A stretch of DNA of 64,000 bases from Perkinsela sp. CCAP 1560/9 (lineage: Eukaryota > Protista > Euglenozoa: Kinetoplastea). The translations under genes were made by a program, and so were the position numbers. This document shows positions 55,314-64,000 of the stretch, piece by piece. A model generated the notes under the pieces. It was not told where the DNA came from, ran no database searches, and saw nothing but the letters and a program-made list of their open reading frames with translations. Numbering within the stretch: the first letter of the stretch is position 1; every line of letters starts with the position of its first letter. The DNA lies in the NCBI GenBank assembly GCA_965644495.1, contig CBFFSA010000010.1, positions 702,818 through 766,817 of the forward strand. The letters are read 5' to 3'.

Positions 55314-55978
55314 GCAAGAAAGTAAAGTCTAAAAGGGATAAAAATGCGAAAAAGAAATTTTCTAAAATTGAAAGAAAAAAAATATGAATTGAAACAAAGA
55401 ATATCTTTAAAATAGTCTTTTATATTTTTTCAGTATTCAACGCTCACAGTAGATTATCTACTGTACTACAGTAGACTAGCTACTGTACAGTACGAGTAAC
55501 TAGCTAAGGAAGGAGAGGAAATAGCTAACTGCCTAAGATTCAGGTCCTGCTCTGGTTCATGCAGTGAGGGCTTCACTCAAGCGGTCTGCTGCTAAAAATC
55601 AAGTACAATAAAAGGTATCGGAGCATGTCCCAGATAGCTACACGTGTCAAAGCTTTTTCCTCTGGTGGTGGTACAAAACCCTTGCTCTTTTGCAAAAAAA
55701 AAATCAGTGTGGTAAAAAACAGCCTGCTCTAGATCTGTAGCAGGCACGCATCAAGGTAAAGGGGCTTCGAGGCAAAGGTGATACTGGTGAGTATGAACGC
55801 ACTGGTATGTGACGAGAAAAAAACAATTACAACATAACTTTTTACGCCTTCACAAACATAAGACCCCAGTGAACTCACACTCAATTTGACGGGACCCTCA
55901 ACAGCTTCATCGTCCTTTCTTTCTGAGACCCGAACACGTGCGCACCACAACTCTCCTTTTATCAACCTCAACGTTTCG

Positions 55979-58564
55979 CTACTCCTTTGCCTCACACCTC
56001 ACTGTTTTCTCCAGCGACTGTTTTTCCCACATCTGTGCATACAATCCCTTCGCCCTTTTCCCTCTCTCTCCATTCTCCGCCCCTTCATACCCCTTCCCCC
56101 CGCTTGCCACCCCACACAACAGCTCCTGATGTGTCCCTTGTTCCACAACCCTGCCTTTGTCCAACACGACAATACAATCCGCATCTCTCACCGTCGTGAG
56201 CCGATGTGCCACGAGCAATACAGTCCGGCCACTTTGTTTTAACGCGTTCATCACGTTGGCCTCCGTGTGGGTATCCAGCGAGGCCGTGGCCTCATCCGCG
56301 AGCAGAATCACGGGGTCCTTTAACAACATACGGGCCAGTGCCAGGCGTTGCTTCTCGCCCCCGGACAGCCGCAGGCCTCGCTCCCCTACGAGAGTGTCAT
56401 AGCCCTGGGGGAGGGCACAGATGCCGTTGTGGAGATCCGCACGTGTCGCGGCGTGTTGGATGGCAGAAAACGGGACATGGGAAAGGGAAAAAGGATCAGG
56501 ACACGAAGACGGAGACATGGCTTCTCCATCTCTCCCTCCAGCTGTCCGCTTTTCACTTTCTTTGCCCTTCTCTTTCGCCTCATTCCCTACCTCTTCTCCG
56601 TTAGTTTGGGAAGAAGTCGTTGTCTCGTTAGTATTTTTCTCACGGGCTTGCTCCTCGGCTCCGTAGGCAATATTAAACCGGACAGTGTCGTTGAACAACA
56701 CAATGTCCTGCGTGAGATAACCCAGAGCCTTTCGTACGGAGTCCGGGGTGAGCCGGTGAAGGGGTTGGTCGTCCAGCCATATCGTACCCTCCGTGGGCTC
56801 GTAAAACTTAGCGAGCAGCCGGAGAAGAGTGGATTTGCCGGAGGCCGTGGGTCCAACAACCCCGACGACCTGGCCAGGGCGTACGGTAAAGCTGATGTCA
56901 CGGAGAATGGCATCGGAATTTACCGAGGTCGCTGATTTTTCTTGTTTTTCCGTGCATTGGTTTTGGGGTGTTCCTGTTGTGGGGGAGGAAGCAGAGCTTG
57001 GTGAGTTTGTTTGTGGGTTCATAATGATGGAAGCCTCGTCTTTTTCTGTGGGATAGCGAAACGAGACATTGCGAAACTCAATGCCCCCACCAGAAGGGCG
57101 GTAAGAAAACAGAGGAAAATGTTCCTCTCGTTTCTTTTTCTCCTTTTCTCGTTCAGTGGTGCGGTCGAATAAACGAAAAAGCGTTTGCATATCTAAACTG
57201 CTTTGCGTCAATTCACGATAAATAGTTCCCAAAAAGTGAAGCGGCCACGACAGTTGCAACATCAGTCCATTCACCATGACAAGATCCCCTACCGTCATCG
57301 CCCCGGATTGCACGTGGGAGGCACACAGCGCACTGATCAGCGCCATCGCAACAGAGAAAATAAACGCCTGTCCGAAATTTAACGCCGCAAACGACCAGTT
57401 ATTCTTCGCACTGTACCCTCGAAACTGCTCCAGTAAACCCTCATACCGGTCCAGTTCCCATCTCTCCTTGTTGTACAACTTCACCGCCTCATAGTTCGTC
57501 AACCCTTCATGCAACCTCTGGCTGGTTTGGCTCTCAATCGCGTTTAACTCCTTGCGAAAACCAATACGCCATTTCGTCATCCAGAACGTAAAAACCGTAT
57601 AGAGTGCCATCGAGGAGAGACACGTGAGTGCCACCGCGGGCCCTCCAGGCGCCGTATTCGCAATAATATAACAAACCAGCCCAAGCTCCAGCAGTGTCGG
57701 GGTGAGATTAAACAGCAGCACGTAGATCAGCGTGTTCACGGCACGCATGCCGCGGTCGACTTGACGCACCAGGGCGCCGGTTTGTCGTTTTAAGTGAAAC
57801 GAGAGGTCCTGGTCGAGCAGGGTGCGGTACATGCGGACGTGGATCTCATTCATCGCGCTCTGGCTGGCATTCATAAAAATCGCGTAGCGAAGTTCCTGGA
57901 CGAAGTGCTGGGCGGTGCGAACGGCGCCGTAGCACAGGGCCACGGCGGTGAGGGAGAAGGCAAAGGGGTTGTAGGCCGCGGCCCGGACCAGCTCCTCACT
58001 GGAGAGGGCGTCGACGAGGGTTTTAAACACCAGCGGGACACACACGGTGAGGAGTTTGGTCGCGAGCATCAGGAGCACCGCAGAGGCGACACGCAGTCGG
58101 GTCCCCGGGCGGTGGGAGGGCCACATGTAGGAGAGAAGACGGGTGAGGTGGGCGCGGCTGAGCCATAAGCTCTCGGGTGGTGGTGGGGGGGAGACGGAGG
58201 GGGGGACAGGGGAAGGAGGAGCGGTGGTGGGTGGTATGGAGGAGGAAGAGGAAGAGCTGTGTTGGAAGGAGCTGTGTTGGAAACAACGTAGGGAAGAGTA
58301 ATATAAAGGCTGTGTAGGGGTAATCGCGTTCGGGAAGATTTTTCTTGGGGAGAAAAATAAACGGGGAGCGATAAATGTTTTCGTTGTGCGGTCCATGTGG
58401 TCCGTAATGGTTTTTTGAGAAGACGCTTCGGGTTTCGACAAGGTGTGAGGGAGCGAAGAGGAGGCAGCGTTGATCACAGGTAAATATTTCGCAAGCTTGA
58501 CGGCTAGGCACAAAGCCGATTTCTGATTCCTTTGCAAGTTTGACAAACGGAAACGGCCAAGCAT
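55979..58564 (-). CDS. ATM1: Mitochondrial half ABC transporter ATM1/ABCB7
   Basis: FHLKRQTGAL; NYEAVK; LNFGQ; MTVGDLVMVN; GPTASGKST; LSGGEKQR; DEAT; start uncertain (first ATG at 58564). Confidence 0.93.
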   Translation of the reverse strand: MLGRFRLSNLQRNQKSALCLAVKLAKYLPVINAASSSLPHTLSKPEASSQKTITDHMDRTTKTFIAPRLFFSPRKIFPNAITPTQPLYYSSLRCFQHSSFQHSSSSSSSIPPTTAPPSPVPPSVSPPPPPESLWLSRAHLTRLLSYMWPSHRPGTRLRVASAVLLMLATKLLTVCVPLVFKTLVDALSSEELVRAAAYNPFAFSLTAVALCYGAVRTAQHFVQELRYAIFMNASQSAMNEIHVRMYRTLLDQDLSFHLKRQTGALVRQVDRGMRAVNTLIYVLLFNLTPTLLELGLVCYIIANTAPGGPAVALTCLSSMALYTVFTFWMTKWRIGFRKELNAIESQTSQRLHEGLTNYEAVKLYNKERWELDRYEGLLEQFRGYSAKNNWSFAALNFGQAFIFSVAMALISALCASHVQSGAMTVGDLVMVNGLMLQLSWPLHFLGTIYRELTQSSLDMQTLFRLFDRTTEREKEKKKREEHFPLFSYRPSGGGIEFRNVSFRYPTEKDEASIIMNPQTNSPSSASSPTTGTPQNQCTEKQEKSATSVNSDAILRDISFTVRPGQVVGVVGPTASGKSTLLRLLAKFYEPTEGTIWLDDQPLHRLTPDSVRKALGYLTQDIVLFNDTVRFNIAYGAEEQAREKNTNETTTSSQTNGEEVGNEAKEKGKESEKRTAGGRDGEAMSPSSCPDPFSLSHVPFSAIQHAATRADLHNGICALPQGYDTLVGERGLRLSGGEKQRLALARMLLKDPVILLADEATASLDTHTEANVMNALKQSGRTVLLVAHRLTTVRDADCIVVLDKGRVVEQGTHQELLCGVASGGKGYEGAENGERGKRAKGLYAQMWEKQSLEKTVRCEAKE

Positions 58565-58703
58565 TAGGATAAAAATGAGGAGCAAGAAAATCAAGCACTA
58601 AGTTGAAAAAGGGTAAATAAAAAGCCAAGGTGTTTCAAATGTTTTTATGTGTCGCTAAAGTACTTGGCCTAGCTGGCATAATCCATGGTGGTTTAAAAAA
58701 CTG

Positions 58704-59852
58704 TTACTCATCCACCAACGCCTCTACACACCCCAGTGGGCCGTAGTGCGCCGTGATGTGCCCCGGTTTCACCTGTGTGCACCCCATGGAGCCACACAAC
58801 ACCACCTGGTTCTCCTGGAGCGGCCGTGGACGACTTTTCAAATGGCGTGCGATAAATTTAATCGCACTCATTACCGTACCCACGACGGCGGAACTCTTCC
58901 CAATCGCCACAGGGATATTATTGTGCAGCAGCACAGCTTTGAGCTCGCTGAGTTCGAGCCCTGCCCACTTCTCGCTTGGGATTGGGTCCCCGAAAAACAC
59001 AAACCCTGCGCCGGCCATATCCGCCACATGGGCGGGTACGTTGGTGGGGCGCAGGGGGTACCGACATGCGGTGAGCTCCAGCACGGGATACATCACCCCA
59101 AGGTACTCGTTAATCTCCCCGGGCGCAAGCAAGGAGGGAATCACGGGGTCGTAGATGCGGAACGCGACGTGCAGCTCCGCGTCCAGGAGGCCGTGGCGAG
59201 AGACAGAGGGGCGGCACTCCGCTGTGTTGGGCAGAGAGCATTTGAGTGTTTGCGTTGGAGTGAGTGATTTCGAAGCCGCGGGCTCTGCAGATGTTTTTTC
59301 GGTGTTTTTGTGTTCGTTTTCGCTTGTTTTTAATATCGGGGTGGAATCATCTGGAACGGTGGTTTCATTCGTTGATTTAGTCTCATTGGCTTGTTTTGTG
59401 CATTCCGTGGGTTCGTGGTAGTTTCGCGTCATGGAGCGCAGCAATGGGCCACAATAGAGCTCGCGGTAGTGAAGTTTTCGGCGCGTCGCCTCGCTGTTTC
59501 CCTGGACACGCCACCCAAGCAGCTTATCCCCCGTCGCCTCTAACTCGGCTAAAGTAAAGTCCTGAAAGGTGTAGGCCTCATGGAGGTTCTCTCCGTGAAT
59601 GGCCCCCAAGTCTACAATATTCAAAGAGGGTTTCAGGCCCGGAATAGCCAGTTCAGGTCGGAAATAATGCCGCACGTAATCTCCAGCGTCGGAACGAGTC
59701 ACGGGAATTTTATTGTGAGGAGAGGCAGAAGTCAATGCCCCTAACAAATGAGGAGTAGGTGATGTAAGGGTGGATTGAGATCGAGTCCTATTCAAAAAGA
59801 CGAAGTTGGGCGGAAGCCTTGAAAAAGAGGCATGAGATGGTCTTATGGACAT
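58704..59852 (-). CDS. 2-keto-4-pentenoate hydratase (MhpD)-like FAH-fold protein with N-terminal presequence-like extension
   Basis: AY..Q; G...LGW; AELHVAF; YPVLEL...RY; VAD.AG...FG; L..NQVVLCGS; G.ITAHYGPLG.V. Confidence 0.6.
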   Translation of the reverse strand: MSIRPSHASFSRLPPNFVFLNRTRSQSTLTSPTPHLLGALTSASPHNKIPVTRSDAGDYVRHYFRPELAIPGLKPSLNIVDLGAIHGENLHEAYTFQDFTLAELEATGDKLLGWRVQGNSEATRRKLHYRELYCGPLLRSMTRNYHEPTECTKQANETKSTNETTVPDDSTPILKTSENEHKNTEKTSAEPAASKSLTPTQTLKCSLPNTAECRPSVSRHGLLDAELHVAFRIYDPVIPSLLAPGEINEYLGVMYPVLELTACRYPLRPTNVPAHVADMAGAGFVFFGDPIPSEKWAGLELSELKAVLLHNNIPVAIGKSSAVVGTVMSAIKFIARHLKSRPRPLQENQVVLCGSMGCTQVKPGHITAHYGPLGCVEALVDE

Positions 59853-59965
59853 TCGGGTGATAGTAAGTGTGCTAAACAAAAGGCAAAGAAAAAGGTGTAT
59901 ATATCTATAATCTTCTTAAACTTTACTTGCCCCTCTACTATTATTCGCAAAAACACATTCCTATA

Positions 59966-60603
59966 CCCTGTACCCCCTCCCCAGTGTAAGAATCGATTTT
60001 GGACCAAAATGATCAAATCCTTGTTACTGGGGGGTATGCTTTTTTGGTGAGAAAAGGTCTTTTTTGTTCATGAGAGCGTTGATTTTCTGTCCAGCCAATC
60101 CCGCAACTACGCAATTCGCTCCCGCGCAACCGCCCGCACCCCCCTCAAACACCCCCTCCCCCTCTCCAGCGACCCTCCCGAGCCAAGTCCTTGTTACTGG
60201 GGGGTATGCTTTTTTGGTGGGAAAAGGTCTTTTTTGTTCATGAGAGCGTTGATTTTCTGTCCAGCCAATCCCGCAACTACGCAATTCGCTCCCGCGCAAC
60301 CGCCCGCACCCCCCTCAAACACCCCCTCCCCCCCTCCAGCGACCCTCCCGAGCCAAATCCTTGTTACTGGGGGGTATGCTTTTTTGGTGGGAAAAGGTCT
60401 TTTTTGTTCATGAGAGCGTTGATTTTCTGTCCAGCCAATCCCGCAACTACGCAATTCGCTCCCGCGCAACCGCCCGCACCCCCCTCAAACACCCCCTCCC
60501 CCCTCCAGCGACCCTCCCGAGCCAAATCCTTGTTACTGGGGGTCGGCCAAAAAAGGGTCAAATCCTTGTTACTGGGGGGGTCTACTACTGGGGGGGTATA
60601 CGG
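59966..60603. mobile_element. Tc2/pogo-type MITE containing three 170-bp tandem repeats
   Basis: Right end TACTGGGGGGGTATACGG|TA is the inverse of the 28882 end; units start near 60017, 60187, 60357. Confidence 0.8.
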
Positions 60604-60621
60604 TACTCGTGAAACGTGCTT

Positions 60622-61512
60622 TCAGCACTTCTTTAGAGGTTGACGCTGGGATCCTAATTGAAACCCATATGGAGCGGTCGCTGCATCGTCTTTTGAAAAG
60701 TAATTTTCCAAGAACGAGAAACCAAAAAGAAATTCGTAACGTGCCAAAGGTTGTAGATTCAGAGGGCCTTGCAAACGATTCGTATCTAGCCGCATCCTCA
60801 GAAGACTTAGAGGAAGCTTTTCTAGGGAGATGGTGCCGGAAAACCTGTTTTGCACAAGGATCAGATCTGTCAAGTTCGGGGGAAGAGAAGTGAGATCTAC
60901 AGGGCCTTCAATATGATTATGGTCTAGTCGTAACACTTTCAATTTTTCTGGTAGTTGGGTAAGAGAAATACTACCTGAAAATAGATTCATATTGAGTAGC
61001 AAATGCGTTAAATTATCCGGCAAATGTGTGAGATCAAGCTCTCCGTGGAGTTGATTGTCGGAAACGTTTAAAAGAGTTAACGAGCTAGGAAGACTTCCCA
61101 GTGAGATTGTGCTGTTATGTGCATTGCCTTGTACCGACATTATTTTTAATGATTCGGGAAGAAATAGCAAATCAAGATCTCCGCTAATATCAGGTCCCTT
61201 GCGACCAATTCGGAGCTCGTGGACACCTCGAGGCAAATACTGATAATGCAAGGATCCTGCAAGATTATGACTACCAGAAAGAACCCGCCGAACGATTTGA
61301 TCCTTGTCGCAAATAATGCCTTCCCAGGTGCAAATCGATACATGGGTAGAGGAAAGTCCTAAATATCGTTTCTTCGTAAACTTCCAAGACGGTGGTGTGA
61401 CATGCAACCCATCAATAAAGCGCTCCATAAGAATCTCCTGCGGAACGAGTGAAAGATTAACCCGTCCAAGTTTAAGATCCGAACCGTCGTCCTTACAAAG
61501 AACGTGGCACAT
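60622..61512 (-). CDS. Leucine-rich repeat protein (second subfamily)
   Basis: D..LGRV....VPQE.LME.FI.GL N-terminus; ICTWEGIICD cap; ~7 LP..L..L....N...G repeats. Confidence 0.9.
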   Translation of the reverse strand: MCHVLCKDDGSDLKLGRVNLSLVPQEILMERFIDGLHVTPPSWKFTKKRYLGLSSTHVSICTWEGIICDKDQIVRRVLSGSHNLAGSLHYQYLPRGVHELRIGRKGPDISGDLDLLFLPESLKIMSVQGNAHNSTISLGSLPSSLTLLNVSDNQLHGELDLTHLPDNLTHLLLNMNLFSGSISLTQLPEKLKVLRLDHNHIEGPVDLTSLPPNLTDLILVQNRFSGTISLEKLPLSLLRMRLDTNRLQGPLNLQPLARYEFLFGFSFLENYFSKDDAATAPYGFQLGSQRQPLKKC

Positions 61513-61907
61513 GAAGGAAGAAAAAAAGTGTCAAAAATGAAATGCAAGACGGCATTCAATAAAAGAGGTAACAGCTAAAAAGTGAAGTTTGATGGGACGG
61601 TGCGAAGGCCACTGAAGCTAGCCCAAAAAACAAAGGAACAAAAAGCATGTAATAATAGTGTAAAAATGAAATTTTTGAAGAAATGCAGTTCAAATGTTAA
61701 AGAATCAGATGAAATCGTCTTTGGGAAAAGAAATAATGGGATAACTTTTTACTAGGTGCTTATAAAAATAAATACAGTAACCATGAAAATTTTAGCTGAC
61801 ACGAAAGATACTAAAGGAAAACCGCCCAAACTGATTTTTACGCTCATCGACTTACATTCTCTTAACACCGTTTTAGTCCAAGTACATTACCTCATGATTT
61901 ACTATTT

Positions 61908-63329
61908 CTAACACAAATCCTTAATCACTACCGCAAGGCTAGCTCCCATATCCACCACCCCGAAAAGTGCCACGGCAATGGCAGCATAGCGCATCCCTCG
62001 ACTTCCCACGGCGACTTGTACCAACGACGTCTTCTTTACGGGCTCGCAAGGGATCGCAACTTCGCCTGCCTTTTCTTCCGTGGTTTCCTCCGCGTGCCTG
62101 TTCTCCAACGGCTTTGAGCCGTGCAACCGATAGTAAAACAGGGCAGGGAGGATAAACTCAATGGAGGTCCCGAACAGGGCCCCGGTGAACGCCATCAGTA
62201 CCCCCAGTCCCGGAATCACCAACGTGATGCACACCGCGAACACGACCAAAGTCACTCCCATCACCACTCGCTTCCACAAACTTTCTTCCTGCTCGTTCCC
62301 CGTCATCATAATGTACCACGAGCGTCGCGCGACGATGGCAAAAATCGGAAACGCGCAAATAATGTGAAACACAATCATCCCACGCGCCGCATTCGCCCAC
62401 CCATGGGTATCCGAGAAATGCCGCAGGTAGTTCCCCCCCGCCGCCGCGGACATCACCACACTCTTCCCAAACGCCACATACACACAAACCCCCACCGAGA
62501 TATACATCGCTGCGCCAATCGCCACCGACAGCACCGTCGCGGTCATCATCCGTCCCGTCGTGGGGTTCTTTAACTCCCCATACAACGGCGGGATATTCAT
62601 ATGAAACGTATACGCCGCACACACCACCGCGAACGCCGGCAAAACCCCATCCCCGAGCGTAAACCACTCCAACTCCCCCCCGCTCGGGAACACGCTCACC
62701 TCCCCGAGATGCACATACGCCACCAGGCACACCACGATCATCGCGACGAACCCGAGGATGGAGACCACCAGCAGCTCGTGCAGCCGTCGTATCGGGCTCA
62801 GCACCACGAACACCCCCCCGCAGGTGAGCATCCAGAACCACTTGGTGGACCACACCCCGCCCCCCCACAGCCCGTGGCACAGGTCGGGCATCGCGTCGGT
62901 GATCACGGTGGTGTAGATCATCAGGATGAAGGTGTTGCAGGCAAGGATGAGGCCCTCGGTGAGGATCCCCAGGAGCTTCGGGTTGGTGTGGGGGAAGGCG
63001 CGGAGGATGAGGCCGCGGAAGGAGTAGACCTGCGTGGCGTCGCAGCTCTTGCAGATGAAGTAGACGGAGAGGCAGGCGAGGAGGGCGTTGAGGAGGGTGA
63101 TGAGGATGCCGGGGAGCAGGGAGGCCTGGGCGAAGGCCAGCGGGAGGGAGAGCAGGCCGCCGCCGATCATGGTGCAGAGGATGTGGGCCGCGGTGGAGGC
63201 GATGGTGGCGTTGCGGTGGGTGTCGTCCGGGGTGTTGTCGTTAGTGTCACTGTTGTTGTCGTGGGGGGGGGATACCGCGTGGTGGAGTTGTGCCTCCTGA
63301 GGGGGGAGGGGGGAGGAGGAAGAGGTCAT
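61908..63329 (-). CDS. AAAP-family amino-acid transporter
   Basis: TMIGGGLLSLPLAF; AYTFH.NIPPLYGEL; FILPALFY; ~11 hydrophobic segments. Confidence 0.92.
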   Translation of the reverse strand: MTSSSSPLPPQEAQLHHAVSPPHDNNSDTNDNTPDDTHRNATIASTAAHILCTMIGGGLLSLPLAFAQASLLPGILITLLNALLACLSVYFICKSCDATQVYSFRGLILRAFPHTNPKLLGILTEGLILACNTFILMIYTTVITDAMPDLCHGLWGGGVWSTKWFWMLTCGGVFVVLSPIRRLHELLVVSILGFVAMIVVCLVAYVHLGEVSVFPSGGELEWFTLGDGVLPAFAVVCAAYTFHMNIPPLYGELKNPTTGRMMTATVLSVAIGAAMYISVGVCVYVAFGKSVVMSAAAGGNYLRHFSDTHGWANAARGMIVFHIICAFPIFAIVARRSWYIMMTGNEQEESLWKRVVMGVTLVVFAVCITLVIPGLGVLMAFTGALFGTSIEFILPALFYYRLHGSKPLENRHAEETTEEKAGEVAIPCEPVKKTSLVQVAVGSRGMRYAAIAVALFGVVDMGASLAVVIKDLC

Positions 63330-63609
63330 GGGGGGTGGGGAGGCGAAAAAGGGGGTAAGGCGGGTTAGATAGAGGGTGGGTGGTGTGGAATGGAAAAGGG
63401 AGAGGGTAGGGAGTAGAGAGATGGGGGGTAGCGAATGGGGAGAAAAGGGGGAAAGGGGTTAGGAAAGAGGAAGGTGGGGGGGGGGAGGAGTTTTGGTTTG
63501 ATATCTGTGCGTTGTTTTAAAAAATGAGATAACATAGTGTGTAACGACACATGGGCCGTAATGAAGAGGAGGAAAAAATGCTAAGAATAGAAAAAGATAA
63601 GAGGGGGGT

Positions 63610-64000
63610 CTAAAATAAGGAACGAGCCCACTTTGATAGTAAGGGTGCATATCGTGGAGCAAGAACGAGTGTGAGTGAGACATGTAATGGAACAAAAAGT
63701 TTGTTCAGTGCAATACAGAATACGAAAAGAGTCAAAAGATCACCTCCCGGAGAACTTTCCAAAGGAAGGGGAAGATTGTAAGATCTTGCGAGCCCGATAA
63801 GGTCAACACCGAGCCCTATCAGCGCTAATAGAAGCAGCATGGAGAAGAAGTGAATAAGAGAATACAGGAGAAAGCCTCCCAAACCATACTTACGCACCTG
63901 GTCCATAAGTGAGGGTGAACACAATGTGGCAGGGTCGCCGGATGATGGAGCGGTTTGCGAATTCATCGAAGCAGCTGAGTCGGTATGAAGTTGTGTCGAT
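63610..64000 (-). CDS. DUF1279/FAM210-like membrane protein (frame open to the window edge)
   Basis: RKYG..G...Y..I...GVD...LNKLFVPL...LTL...P; no in-frame stop upstream of ATG 63966. Confidence 0.65.
   Translation of the reverse strand, partial: STQLHTDSAASMNSQTAPSSGDPATLCSPSLMDQVRKYGLGGFLLYSLIHFFSMLLLLALIGLGVDLIGLARSYNLPLPLESSPGGDLLTLFVFCIALNKLFVPLHVSLTLVLAPRYAPLLSKWARSLF

Noticed and set aside
56157-63368. Long + strand ORFs overlapping ATM1, the MhpD-like gene and the transporter
   Set aside because: Antisense shadows of GC-rich coding sequence
1-64000. TnpB/Fanzor nuclease associated with the IS630-like or Helitron elements
   Set aside because: No ORF with RuvC plus Zn-finger motif order was seen in the six-frame track

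Overview
Eukaryotic nuclear DNA, most likely from a kinetoplastid. All 15 recognisable host genes are intron-less and on the minus strand (one polycistronic-type unit, 64000 to ~14000), and the cyclophilin carries the kinetoplastid-type [13 protein letters not shown] segment. The dispersed short LRR family resembles that of Perkinsela-like prokinetoplastids (inference). Host genes: five LRR proteins, SEC12-like, a LisH/low-complexity protein, CCDC12-like, cyclophilin, DENR, ZPR1, CCDC25, ATM1/ABCB7, an MhpD-like FAH-fold protein, an AAAP amino-acid transporter and a DUF1279/FAM210-like protein. A four-tRNA cluster lies at 5094-5592. About half the window is a dense, nested mobilome. It includes an apparently intact APE-RT-RNaseH non-LTR retrotransposon, a Helitron/Helentron Rep relic with a hairpin-ended repeat family, several Tc1/IS630-like elements and TA-flanked MITEs, pogo and Harbinger/IS5-like relics, a bacterial-type IS30 DDE core, a CRE/SLACS-like endonuclease fragment, and 19-25 bp minisatellites sharing a TATGCATTAT core. 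Most notable: the IS30 core, a spliced-leader-like relic at 17512-17544, the hairpin-ended rolling-circle candidates, and the diversity of DNA transposons in a kinetoplastid-like genome. All family assignments are by motif recognition, with no database searches.
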